Source: an uncultured Ignavibacteriales bacterium (GTDB lineage: Bacteria; Zixibacteria; MSB-5A5; GN15; FEB-12). Taken from it: 64,000 nt of DNA. The DNA lies in the NCBI GenBank assembly GCA_964540105.1, contig CAZILL010000001.1:315649-379648 (forward strand), in the 5' to 3' direction. Numbering within the stretch: position 1 is the first letter of the stretch; each line of letters opens with the position of its first letter. Position numbers and translations under genes: made by a program. Shown here in pieces: positions 50,869-59,875 of the stretch. The notes beneath the pieces are model-generated. The model was not told the DNA's origin. It did no database searches and was given only the letters and a program-made list of their open reading frames with translations.

Positions 50869-51996
50869 ATGGCCGCAATCGAGATTGTCGAGGTCGAATC
50901 CTCTTCTCAGCTGAAGCAGTTCATCACCTATCCTAACACGCTCTACCGAAAAGAGCCGCACTATGTGACCCCACTTATGGTGGAACGCAAGGAGTTCTTC
51001 GATCTCGAGAAGAACCCATTCTATCGCACCGCGAAAGTCAAACTGTTCCTGGCTATGGACGGCACAAAAGTGTGCGGTCGGATAGCAACCTGCATCAACT
51101 TCACGCACAACGATTACCATCATGAAAAGACCGGGTTCTTCGGTTTCTTTGACTCTGTCGATGATTTCGACATTGCCTCCAAGTTGCTCAAAGTCGCTAT
51201 GATCACGCTCAAGCGGGAGGGAATGGACAGAATGCGGGGGCCGATGAATTTCTCCACCAATCACGAAATCGGCTTTCTCATCGAGGGCTTCGACTATGCA
51301 CCGACCGTCATGATGCCCTACAACTACCCCTACCAGCCGCGGCTGGCCGAGAAATTCGGTCTGAAGAAAGTGATGGATCTGCTCGGGTTTCAGGTCACGA
51401 ACAAGGAGCCGATTTCTCCCCGTATACAGGCCGTCGTGGATCGCCTCCAGGCTCGTGCCCGAATCACGATGCGCACGATGAACTTTTCGGATTTCGACAA
51501 TGAAGTACAGCGAATAAACAAAGTGTATAACCAGGCCTGGGCGCCCAACTGGGGCTTTGTTCCTATGGATGAAGCCGAGTTTACGGCCATGTGCAAGAAC
51601 CTCAAGCAGATTGCCGAACCAAAGCTGATTTTCATCGCCGAACACGAGGGGGTGCCGGTCGCTTTTTCGGTCGCGCTGCCCGATATCAATCAGGCTCTGA
51701 TTCACCTGAAGGGCCGACTATTTCCAGTAGGGCTTTTGAAACTCCTCTGGCACACCAAGATTAGGAACAAGATCAACGGTCTGCGGCTCATCACGATGGG
51801 GGTTGTGCCGGCTTTCCAGAAACGCGGGATCGATTTGATGTTCTTCACCAAGACATACAATGCCGGACTCGAACTTGGGTATTTCTGGGGTGAGCTCTCC
51901 TGGATACTTGAAACTAACGAATTGATGTGCCGTGCCGCCGAGGAGATGGGGGGAAAAGTGTACAAGAAATATCGCATCATGGAAATGCCGCTGTAG
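50869..51996 (+). CDS. Large (375 aa) GNAT-fold acyltransferase-like protein
   Basis: The ATG at 50869 lies 4 nt after the preceding stop. A C-terminal GNAT motif-A-like segment, VVPAFQKRGIDLMFF, is present. The N-terminal half is unassigned. Confidence 0.5.
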   Translation: MAAIEIVEVESSSQLKQFITYPNTLYRKEPHYVTPLMVERKEFFDLEKNPFYRTAKVKLFLAMDGTKVCGRIATCINFTHNDYHHEKTGFFGFFDSVDDFDIASKLLKVAMITLKREGMDRMRGPMNFSTNHEIGFLIEGFDYAPTVMMPYNYPYQPRLAEKFGLKKVMDLLGFQVTNKEPISPRIQAVVDRLQARARITMRTMNFSDFDNEVQRINKVYNQAWAPNWGFVPMDEAEFTAMCKNLKQIAEPKLIFIAEHEGVPVAFSVALPDINQALIHLKGRLFPVGLLKLLWHTKIRNKINGLRLITMGVVPAFQKRGIDLMFFTKTYNAGLELGYFWGELSWILETNELMCRAAEEMGGKVYKKYRIMEMPL

Positions 51997-52086
51997 CCCA
52001 CCGGCTTCCCCTTTCCTCGCCGTCCGTCTTCCGCCCCGATTTGACTTCCCCTCTAACAGAGCGTATACTTGCCACGTCATATAAGT

Positions 52087-52650
52087 ATGCACTCTGGAAA
52101 CACTATGCCCCGCTTGCTTCTTGTTCTTCTGGTAGTTCTCTCATCTCTGGCGGCATTCCCGGTCAGCTGCACGAGTCGCTATCGACTCGACATGTACCTG
52201 ACCTCTGAACAACCGCGCAAGAAGGTCAGCGTGGAACAGACCGATTACGCGGCCAATACTATCCTGCGCGGACCTGAAGCCGAGAACAAGCTGACTCCCG
52301 GACCCGGTAATTGCGTGATCGTCGCACTTGGCACACGCGGAGCTCGTCAAAGCACACAGTTCGGAAGTGTGCTGGGATACGACGAATACCTCAGGTATCA
52401 AGTGTATCTGCAGCTTCCCGCCACCCTGAGACAGGAGACCGTTGCTCTGGTCGGAAACTCCTTTGTCACCCTGCTCGGAAAGTATGAACAACCAGTGAGC
52501 GCCACACTCTACATACCGGAGTCGGGAGAGCTAACCATCGATTCGGTTCTGACGAAGTACTTCTTCGCCACGTGTCGGGGAGAATTCAAGAATGCCAACG
52601 GAAGATCACTCTTGATCGATGGACGATTCAGGGTAAGGACTGCTCCCTGA
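52087..52650 (+). CDS. Hypothetical lipoprotein
   Basis: Signal peptide plus lipobox (LLLVLLVVLSSLAAFPVSC). The start may be 52069, 52087 or 52105. Confidence 0.5.
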   Translation: MHSGNTMPRLLLVLLVVLSSLAAFPVSCTSRYRLDMYLTSEQPRKKVSVEQTDYAANTILRGPEAENKLTPGPGNCVIVALGTRGARQSTQFGSVLGYDEYLRYQVYLQLPATLRQETVALVGNSFVTLLGKYEQPVSATLYIPESGELTIDSVLTKYFFATCRGEFKNANGRSLLIDGRFRVRTAP

Positions 52651-52662
52651 GCCGCTCCGCAA

Positions 52663-53172
52663 TCAGTCATCCTCTTTCAGCGCTTCACTGAACAGCTTGT
52701 AACCGAATTCATCGAATACACAAAACTGAATCCGCGCGAGCGATTGAGCCTTCCCCTCAAAACTGCGCACTGCGGTTGTCATAATGTGCGCACACGCTTT
52801 CATCGGGAAGCCACCAACACCCGTGCCGAAAGCAGGGAAGGAAATCGATCTCATCGAGAGTTTCTCTGCCAGCACGAGGCTGGCGATTGTGGCCTGCCGT
52901 ATCAGTTTGTCTGAAGTCCGCAAATCCTGCCCCATCACCGCCGCATGAATGATATACCTGAAACGCAAGCCGCCTGCGCCAGTGTAGATCGCTTCTCCCG
53001 GCATAACCGGTCCCTTCGCTACCGCCTGCTCTTCAATACTCTTTCCCCCGGCCGCTTTTATAGCTCCAGCCACGCCGGAACCCATCCAGAAACGGTTGTT
53101 CGCCGCATTGACAATGCAGTCGGTGTCGGTCCGCGTTATATCTCGCTGGACAACTTCAATCTCGAACGACAT
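52663..53172 (-). CDS. Macro domain (ADP-ribose binding/hydrolase) protein
   Basis: DCIVNAANN....GSGVAGAI and SISFPAFGTGVGGFP are canonical macro-domain motifs. Confidence 0.85.
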   Translation of the reverse strand: MSFEIEVVQRDITRTDTDCIVNAANNRFWMGSGVAGAIKAAGGKSIEEQAVAKGPVMPGEAIYTGAGGLRFRYIIHAAVMGQDLRTSDKLIRQATIASLVLAEKLSMRSISFPAFGTGVGGFPMKACAHIMTTAVRSFEGKAQSLARIQFCVFDEFGYKLFSEALKEDD

Positions 53173-53752
53173 GCGAAATTACTCTCTCGTAGGTTACAGC
53201 CATTGCGATCGCTACGGTGAATCCGACAACACAACCAACGAGTATGTCGGCCGGATAATGCACACCAACGAAGATTCTGCTCAGAGAAACCACCAAGGCC
53301 GCACAATACAGATGAACCCGGTACTTCGGGTATCGAATGGCGAACAATCCGGCCTGGGCAAACATATTCGCCGCGTGCGACGAAGGCATGGAAAAACCCG
53401 AGCCGCAGGTGACCAGAAGGTGGATGTTGGTCAGCGTATGGCACGGGCGATCACGGGCGATCCAGTGTTTGAGGAAATTACTGCTTAACTGATCAGTCAG
53501 CAGTACGGTTAAGGCCGAGAACCCCACCAGCCAGCGCAGGCGGGTGTTTCCTTTCCACAGAAGAATCAGCATGGCGGCTGCATACAGAGTGCGCAGAACA
53601 TTGTCGGAAGTGACGATCGGCATGATCAGATCAGTCACCGGGTTGGCCAGATCGACATTAATGCTATAGAACAGGCTCCGGTCAAAACCGCGAAGTGTCT
53701 CAAGCATTAGTAGGTCGCTTTCGAGATAGAGAATCACGTCCCGCAGACGCAT
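53156..53752 (-). CDS. PAP2-family lipid phosphatase
   Basis: The three PAP2 motifs are present: KHWIARDRP, PSSH and SRIFVGVHYPADILVG. There are multiple TM helices. Confidence 0.8.
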   Translation of the reverse strand: MRLRDVILYLESDLLMLETLRGFDRSLFYSINVDLANPVTDLIMPIVTSDNVLRTLYAAAMLILLWKGNTRLRWLVGFSALTVLLTDQLSSNFLKHWIARDRPCHTLTNIHLLVTCGSGFSMPSSHAANMFAQAGLFAIRYPKYRVHLYCAALVVSLSRIFVGVHYPADILVGCVVGFTVAIAMAVTYERVISHVVRD

Positions 53753-53841
53753 CCTCCATTTCCCCTGCTCGCCGGAATTTAACCGCGGAACGGATAATCT
53801 CAGGTAACAGGATCACCGCTCCCGGACGGTCAATCGTCTGC

Positions 53842-54459
53842 TCAGTCTTCGAGAGGCTCAATAATCCCCTTTCCGGCCGTGAGCTCGATGAAGGCCGCGC
53901 ACAGTTGCTCTGCTCGGCCCGCCCGCACCGACAGATCCATGACTACGTTTGCCGCAAACTCTGTGTGTGGAGCCACAGCCTGCAAGCTGCTCATTACCTG
54001 ACGCCAGCGTTCATAGTGAGTGAACTCAAGCGCCATTCGGAATCGCCGGGTTATGAAATTCTCCTGTACTCCTGATTGGACGATCACAGCCTGTGCGGCT
54101 GAACCATACGCACGCGAAAGCCTTCCGGGGCCAAGTTTGGTCCCTCCGAAGTAGCGCGTAACGACCACCATGCTGTTGGTCAGATCGGCCCCGGACAAGA
54201 CAGCATAGATTGGCTTTCCGGCCGTTCCTGTCGGTTCGCCGTCGTCGGAGTACTTGAACAGGATATCGGGGGCAGTTCCGACACGATAGGCAAAGCAGTG
54301 GTGAGTGGCCGCGTGTTCCCGCTTCCGAATCTGATCAAGACGGGCCTGGGCCGACGCGGCATCGGCGACCAGGCAACTCTCGGCGATAAACCGCGATCCG
54401 ACAACCTTGGTTTCCACCAGCGCCTCATTCTTGATGGTCAGGTAGCGGTCATCCTCCAT
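53842..54459 (-). CDS. yigZ: YigZ/IMPACT-family protein
   Basis: Motifs present are GSRFIAES, ATHHCFAYRVG, DDGEPTGTAGKPI and VVVTRYFGGTKLG. Confidence 0.8.
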   Translation of the reverse strand: MEDDRYLTIKNEALVETKVVGSRFIAESCLVADAASAQARLDQIRKREHAATHHCFAYRVGTAPDILFKYSDDGEPTGTAGKPIYAVLSGADLTNSMVVVTRYFGGTKLGPGRLSRAYGSAAQAVIVQSGVQENFITRRFRMALEFTHYERWRQVMSSLQAVAPHTEFAANVVMDLSVRAGRAEQLCAAFIELTAGKGIIEPLED

Positions 54460-54465
54460 ATGTTG

Positions 54466-55371
54466 TCAGACCAGCGATCTGATGATATCGTCGACGTGAT
54501 CCGCCCCGTCGATCAGAATCGCTCCGCACTTGAGCGCCCGCGCAAGGCTGGCATCGTCGACCAGTACGCCGTAGCGCTCATCGGCGATGACAAATGACAG
54601 TTTCCCGATGCTCGCGCAGAAATCGAGCAGGTCCAGAGCCCGTGCAGAGTCATGATACAACTCGGTGACCACGACCCCCTGCGAAAACCCCACCACGATT
54701 CGGTTGGCCGCTTCAAGGGTAGCGGCGGTTGGCGGTGCTTCCGGAGAGTATTCCGAGATGAGACCGCCAGCCTTGACAATGTCATTGGCTAGCGGAACCT
54801 GCCATTCTGCATTGATCTGATCGAGTCCCCGGTCAAGCACAGCATACGACTTCCCTCCCGCAACACGGCTTGCCAGATGCGCCGCGGTATCAATGCCTCC
54901 GCTCAACGTTGAGATGATCTGCACCTTGTTGCCCGAGAACGCCTTCGTCAGGAGCGTGGTCAGTCCCAGGCCGTTGCTGGTCGCCTGCTCGGCGCCGATT
55001 ATCGCAACTGATTTCTGAGACGCCGCTGGCAGTGAGCCCCGGAAATAGAGCACATTGGGCGGATCATTCAGCTCAAACAGCAATTGACTGTAGTCTGGCT
55101 CGAAGCGTGAGGTGACATTGATCCCGCGACCATTCAGCGTCGCCAGAATCTTTTCGGCCTCTCCGAGGTGATCTCCGACTGCTCCAATTCGCGCAATCCA
55201 CGAGTCAGGCAACCCGGTCACTTTCCGCAGCTGCTCCTCTTCGGCCATGAAGATCGCTTCGAGACTTCCGAAACGGGTCATAAGGGCATCGAAGGCACGT
55301 GGACCAACGGCTCCGAAACGGCTCAAAGCCAGCATCTGAATAGTAGAACTGTACTGCTTCGATCTCTTCAC
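54466..55371 (-). CDS. dprA: DprA-like DNA-processing protein (divergent)
   Basis: It has an N-terminal helical domain, a Rossmann-like core with VAIIGAEQAT and LSGGIDTAAH, and GGLISEY. The usual RNRI motif reads ANRI here. Confidence 0.65.
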   Translation of the reverse strand: MKRSKQYSSTIQMLALSRFGAVGPRAFDALMTRFGSLEAIFMAEEEQLRKVTGLPDSWIARIGAVGDHLGEAEKILATLNGRGINVTSRFEPDYSQLLFELNDPPNVLYFRGSLPAASQKSVAIIGAEQATSNGLGLTTLLTKAFSGNKVQIISTLSGGIDTAAHLASRVAGGKSYAVLDRGLDQINAEWQVPLANDIVKAGGLISEYSPEAPPTAATLEAANRIVVGFSQGVVVTELYHDSARALDLLDFCASIGKLSFVIADERYGVLVDDASLARALKCGAILIDGADHVDDIIRSLV

Positions 55372-55472
55372 TCGACTAAGGTAGCGATTTATCGCCTCAA
55401 GTCAAACTGGGCTGGTCTCGGGAAGTCAATCAGGCTATATCTTTGTGAAGTCGGAGGTACAGGAGAAAACCA

Positions 55473-55865
55473 GTGGCGCTGAGAGTCCTCGTTCGGTTAA
55501 AGAAATGGGCACAGGCTATCAAGCAGGATCTGCACGCCCTCTATCTGGCGACTCGCGATCCACGAATACCCTGGTATGTAAAGGCGACGGCGCTCTTCAT
55601 CGTTGGGTACGCCCTTTCACCCATAGACCTGATTCCAGACTTTGTCCCCGTTCTCGGGTATCTCGACGACATCGTGATTGTTCCGTTGGGCGTTCTACTT
55701 GTTGTTAAGATGATCCCTGATAATCTCATGGCTGAATATCGAGCCGCCGCAACACGTGCGGAAAAGAGACCTCGATGCGTGGTCGCGGCATTCGTGATTG
55801 TTGCCGTGTGGATCGTTCTCTCTACCGCCTGCCTGTGGTTGGCCTATCGAAGTTTTTCGGTCTGA
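55473..55865 (+). CDS. DUF1232 (YkvA-family) membrane protein
   Basis: YALSPIDLIPDFVPVLGYLDDIVIVPLG is the DUF1232 signature. The gene starts with GTG. Confidence 0.75.
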   Translation: MALRVLVRLKKWAQAIKQDLHALYLATRDPRIPWYVKATALFIVGYALSPIDLIPDFVPVLGYLDDIVIVPLGVLLVVKMIPDNLMAEYRAAATRAEKRPRCVVAAFVIVAVWIVLSTACLWLAYRSFSV

Positions 55866-55925
55866 CCGTCCACCCACCGGTGAGACTTGAAATACCCAGA
55901 AGTATTCCATATCTTGACCACTAAG

Positions 55926-56783
55926 ATGATACACCGCCGATTCGCTCTGCTTTGCACAGTATTGCTCGGATTCCTTCTTGCCTCGGGCTGTTCTGATGGT
56001 GAGAACTCCGCAGAGAAACTTCAGGCCGCCGGACAAAAAGCGTTTCTGAACGGCAAGTATGCTGAGGCGCGGCGAAACTTCATCAAGGGGTTGGCGCTAA
56101 AACCGTCCGACCGCCCCCTTCTCTATTTCACAGGCCTGAGTTACAAGCGGGACTATCTGTATGATTCAGCTCTGATCTACCTCAAACGGGCGGACATCCT
56201 GTACCCGGGAGATCGCGAAATCAATCTGGAGTTGTATGAAACCGCGATTGCAACGAACAGCTACGAATACGCCATCAACGCCATCCACATTCTGAACAAG
56301 ACGGGCGATCCTGAAATTAGACACATCAACAAACTGATTGAGCTGTACGCCGCTACCGAAGATCCGATGAATGTCGTCTACTACGCCCGCCGCGCGATTC
56401 GGCTGCAACCGGACAGCACCTCCAATTATCTGCGTTTGGTTGGGGCTCTCATCGCGGTTGATTCGGTCCAGACAGCCGAGTCCATGAGCGATTCCGCCTT
56501 CGCTCGATTTGGCGAGCGAGACGAACTGATCGCGCTGAAAGCGAATGTTGCCGCGTACAAAGGGGACTATCAAGGCGCCGAGAAAGTATTCCGAACCCTG
56601 ATCGAAAAGTCCCCCGCCGAGGCGCATCGCTACAAGATGAACCTGGCCAACGTGCTTTCGATGCAATCCGCAGTTGAGAAGCGAAGAGAAGCCCTGTCGC
56701 TGTATCGCGAAATCAAGGGAAGATTCGGCCCGCAATTCAAAACCGACTCTCTCATTCAGGCCCTTGAGAGCGAACTCAAGTAG
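55926..56783 (+). CDS. TPR-repeat lipoprotein
   Basis: The ATG at 55926 gives the signal/lipobox MIHRRFALLCTVLLGFLLASGC. TPR-like helical repeats recur throughout. Confidence 0.65.
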   Translation: MIHRRFALLCTVLLGFLLASGCSDGENSAEKLQAAGQKAFLNGKYAEARRNFIKGLALKPSDRPLLYFTGLSYKRDYLYDSALIYLKRADILYPGDREINLELYETAIATNSYEYAINAIHILNKTGDPEIRHINKLIELYAATEDPMNVVYYARRAIRLQPDSTSNYLRLVGALIAVDSVQTAESMSDSAFARFGERDELIALKANVAAYKGDYQGAEKVFRTLIEKSPAEAHRYKMNLANVLSMQSAVEKRREALSLYREIKGRFGPQFKTDSLIQALESELK

Positions 56784-56805
56784 TCAATCCGCCTATTAAG
56801 AAAAG

Positions 56806-56875
56806 GAAACGCCGGCTGTAAGGGACGTAGCCGGCGTTTTTGATATTCGGCTCGGGTCGCGGACCGAGCCGAATA
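56806..56875. terminator. Two consecutive strong hairpins between convergent genes (bidirectional terminator region)
   Basis: Hairpin 1 is AACGCCGGCT (56808-56817) paired with AGCCGGCGTT (56829-56838), followed by TTTT. Hairpin 2 is a perfect 12-bp stem, TATTCGGCTCGG (56844-56855) paired with CCGAGCCGAATA (56864-56875). Confidence 0.6.
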
Positions 56876-56906
56876 GGTGGTGGTCAATCTTCGTCAGTTC
56901 AAGTGG

Positions 56907-58064
56907 TCAGTGTCCTCCCCGACCATGACCATTATCTTCCCGCATCCCATGCTCGAAGTCCTCGGAATGATCCTCGAACCGATCGTCATCTTTGCCTTCC
57001 ATGCCGTCGTCGTCACGCCCGAAGCAGCCAACTCTCCAACGCCCCTGCATGAAGCCATTAGGCCGCTTTTCGGAGCTCTGGAACTTCCCTTTGACAATCC
57101 CAATCAGCTGGACGTTGGCATTGTAGATACCGCCGCGGAACCAACCGCCGGCGCGCAAAAATGCCATGCTATCCGCGTGCTCATTGGGCCTCTGGCCCCA
57201 GAAACCGCGCAGCAAGCCTTCGAAGCGTCCATCTTTGTCGATCCACTTGCCAAAGAATATCTTCTTGCCGGAGTCGTTCGTCCCGAAGCTCCCGCGCAGA
57301 TATCCGTCGATCAGGCCGCCGCGCGAAATCCACATGCCATCGAACACACCCGCGCCGGTGGAATCATAACCCCAATGACCGTTCAGGAAACCGCGCGGGC
57401 AGAAAAGCCGCTCGTAGCGGAAGGCGTGAAAGGCCACGGCGTTTGAATCTTCCAGATTCACTATCGTATCAAGGGCAAATAGCTCGCTCAATAGGAAGGT
57501 GCGAGAATAAGGACCGGTCTCAAAGCGGACGGTCACAGGACCCGCCACTCCTGAATCCAATAACCACATAGCCGGCGGGACAATAAGATCGACCGCGATA
57601 CCGTCGTTGCATGGTCCGGTCTGTGAAATCCACGAGACCGTCTTGCGGTCTGTACGCGGCAGGATTGTGTCCGTGCGGTGTTCGAAGCGGACCTTGCGAC
57701 GCACAATCAACGCTCCGCGGGAGATCGAGAGCGATCCGTTCCAATTAGTAATACTCGTCACGGTGGAATCACAGGGAATCCGCCCCCACATAACGCGCAG
57801 GTGATAGACCCCGGAGTTGCTATCGGCCAAGAGTGAATCGATCAGACCCAGATTCGCAATCGGGTCATTCACGGATTTCTCATTGGCAACCGACGCGGCC
57901 ACAGTCGGATCTCCGAATCCGGGCGCTTCGGGTGATGTCGTGAACCCGCCGAATTGCGATTCAATACTCTTATTATTCCCCGGCTGGGTTGGGCTGTTTG
58001 AGCAGCCCGCCAGCCACACCAGTAGGGTAGCGCTCAAAGCAACCAAGACGACTTTTCTGAACAT
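56907..58064 (-). CDS. Hypothetical lipoprotein with acidic/His-rich C-terminal tail
   Basis: Signal/lipobox MFRKVVLVALSATLLVWLAGC. The C-terminal tail is DDDGMEGKDDDRFEDHSEDFEHGMREDNGHGRGGH. Confidence 0.6.
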   Translation of the reverse strand: MFRKVVLVALSATLLVWLAGCSNSPTQPGNNKSIESQFGGFTTSPEAPGFGDPTVAASVANEKSVNDPIANLGLIDSLLADSNSGVYHLRVMWGRIPCDSTVTSITNWNGSLSISRGALIVRRKVRFEHRTDTILPRTDRKTVSWISQTGPCNDGIAVDLIVPPAMWLLDSGVAGPVTVRFETGPYSRTFLLSELFALDTIVNLEDSNAVAFHAFRYERLFCPRGFLNGHWGYDSTGAGVFDGMWISRGGLIDGYLRGSFGTNDSGKKIFFGKWIDKDGRFEGLLRGFWGQRPNEHADSMAFLRAGGWFRGGIYNANVQLIGIVKGKFQSSEKRPNGFMQGRWRVGCFGRDDDGMEGKDDDRFEDHSEDFEHGMREDNGHGRGGH

Positions 58065-58405
58065 ATACCATTCTCCTTTCGATCAAACGTTCCTGACTCG
58101 GTATCAGCGTAGTACATAACAACTCCCGTGCCGGCTACCGAGACAGATGTAACTTGTTGACTATTATCATGATAATGGAAAGCAGAGAACTCTTGTCGCT
58201 GATTTTCCCCGTACCATTTGGTACAGCTGTTGATTTGTGAACCAGACGGGACGTGGGAAGCTCGCTGGGATGGCTCAGTTTCGCTCGGGGCGAAGCGGTT
58301 GATTCTCATGAACGCAGGCGAAACCACGTAACCGACCACCCGAGTTTGACTTTTGCCCGCTTCAACGCTACTTTGCGGACGAGCCTATAATTGTAGAAAG
58401 AGGAC

Positions 58406-59845
58406 ATGGAGAACGGCAAGACCGAAATACGCAAACCCGCTGTGGCCGGGAAATTCTACCCCGGCAGCCCTGTTGAACTGACCAAGACCATTGCCGGCCT
58501 ATTTGCCGAAGTCGACAAGGTCTCAGGTGTTGGCCGACCGATCGGGCTGATCGCCCCGCATGCCGGCTACCCGTATTCCGGCAAGACGGCCGCCAAAGCT
58601 TATAAGGCTCTACAGGGGGAGGAATTCGAAACGGTCGTCGTAATTTCCCCATCGCACACCGTGTTCTTTTCCGGCTCGTCGGTTTACTCCGGGGGGGGCT
58701 ACGAAACACCCATCGGCGTGGTCGAAACCGACACAAAGCTGGCCGAGAAGATCACAGCCATCAGCCCGTCAGTCTACTTCTCGGCAATGGGACATGCCAG
58801 CGGCTCGACTCGCGGCGAGCACGCCCTCGAAGTCCAGCTTCCGTTTCTCCAGATTGTCCTGGGCAAATTCAAATTAGTGGCGATTGTGATGGGGGATCAG
58901 GAACGAAACTCAGTCAATCAGTTGGGCGAGGCGCTAGCGGCTGCTCTCAAAGGAACCAACAGCCTGCTGGTGGCATCAACCGATCTTTCACACTTTCATT
59001 CCGAACGGGATGCCCGGCGGCTTGACTTTGCCGTTCAGAGTGCGATCGAAAAATACGACCCTGATCTTCTCATGGATACACTTGAAAATGGCCGAGGGGA
59101 AGCGTGCGGGGGTGGGCCGGTGTCGGCGGTCATGATCGCGGCTCGCAAGCTCGGTGGCAAGGAAATGAAATTTATCGATTACACGACCTCCGGCTCCGCA
59201 ACCGGCGACTTCGAGGAAGTAGTCGGATATCTCTCGGCGGTGATCTTCAGGGGAAGCGAAAAGCAGGTGGCTCGCCCGGAGATTGGTTCCCCGCGCGCGA
59301 CCGAAACCCAGACCGATGATCTCACCGAATCTGACAAGAACAAACTCCGCGCCATCGCCCGCGAGGCCATCGCAGCACGCCTGGAGGGACGGACTTATAC
59401 CCCGTCCGACGACGAGCGCCTGCGCACCAAACGCGGCGCCTTTGTTACGCTCAAGATCGACGGCGAGCTCCGCGGTTGTATCGGCCAAATCCGTGGGCGC
59501 GAGCCGCTGTCAAAGACGGTCGCCGAAATGGCGTGCGCGGCTGCCTTTGAGGACCCGCGCTTTGATAAGTTGGAGGAAAACGAGCTGGAGCGGATGGAGT
59601 TCGAAATCTCAGTCCTCTCACGGCTGGATCGAATCCACGATTTCGCCGCGATCAAGATTGGCCGCGACGGTCTGATGATAAAACTCGATCAGCATTCCGG
59701 ACTGCTGCTCCCTCAGGTGGCGGCCGAGTATGGTTGGTCTGTGACAGAGTTTTTGCAGCAGACCTGTCTCAAGGCCGGTCTGCCCAAAAACAGCTATCAG
59801 AATAAGCACGCGGAAATTTATCGTTTCACCGCAGATATCTTCTGA
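58406..59845 (+). CDS. Fusion of Memo-like (AmmeMemoRadiSam system protein B) and AMMECR1 (protein A) domains
   Basis: The N-terminal part, AVAGKFYPG...LIAPHAGYPYSG...VISPSH, is Memo-like. The C-terminal part, GAFVTLKIDGELRGCIGQI...AAFEDPRF, is AMMECR1-like. Confidence 0.75.
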   Translation: MENGKTEIRKPAVAGKFYPGSPVELTKTIAGLFAEVDKVSGVGRPIGLIAPHAGYPYSGKTAAKAYKALQGEEFETVVVISPSHTVFFSGSSVYSGGGYETPIGVVETDTKLAEKITAISPSVYFSAMGHASGSTRGEHALEVQLPFLQIVLGKFKLVAIVMGDQERNSVNQLGEALAAALKGTNSLLVASTDLSHFHSERDARRLDFAVQSAIEKYDPDLLMDTLENGRGEACGGGPVSAVMIAARKLGGKEMKFIDYTTSGSATGDFEEVVGYLSAVIFRGSEKQVARPEIGSPRATETQTDDLTESDKNKLRAIAREAIAARLEGRTYTPSDDERLRTKRGAFVTLKIDGELRGCIGQIRGREPLSKTVAEMACAAAFEDPRFDKLEENELERMEFEISVLSRLDRIHDFAAIKIGRDGLMIKLDQHSGLLLPQVAAEYGWSVTEFLQQTCLKAGLPKNSYQNKHAEIYRFTADIF

Positions 59846-59875
59846 TCGAAACGATCCTCTGCCGGCGGCATTACG

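Noticed and set aside
56877-57446. 189-aa plus-strand ORF opposite the His-tail lipoprotein gene
   Set aside because: The minus-strand ORF is twice as long, starts with a lipoprotein signal and is flanked by terminators in the right orientation. The plus-strand ORF starts inside the terminator region.
58386-58391. Perfect TATAAT hexamer upstream of the Memo-AMMECR1 gene
   Set aside because: It lies only 14 nt before the ATG, so a transcript starting downstream of it would lack the AGAGGA RBS. No acceptable -35 element sits at 16-18 nt. It is probably fortuitous.
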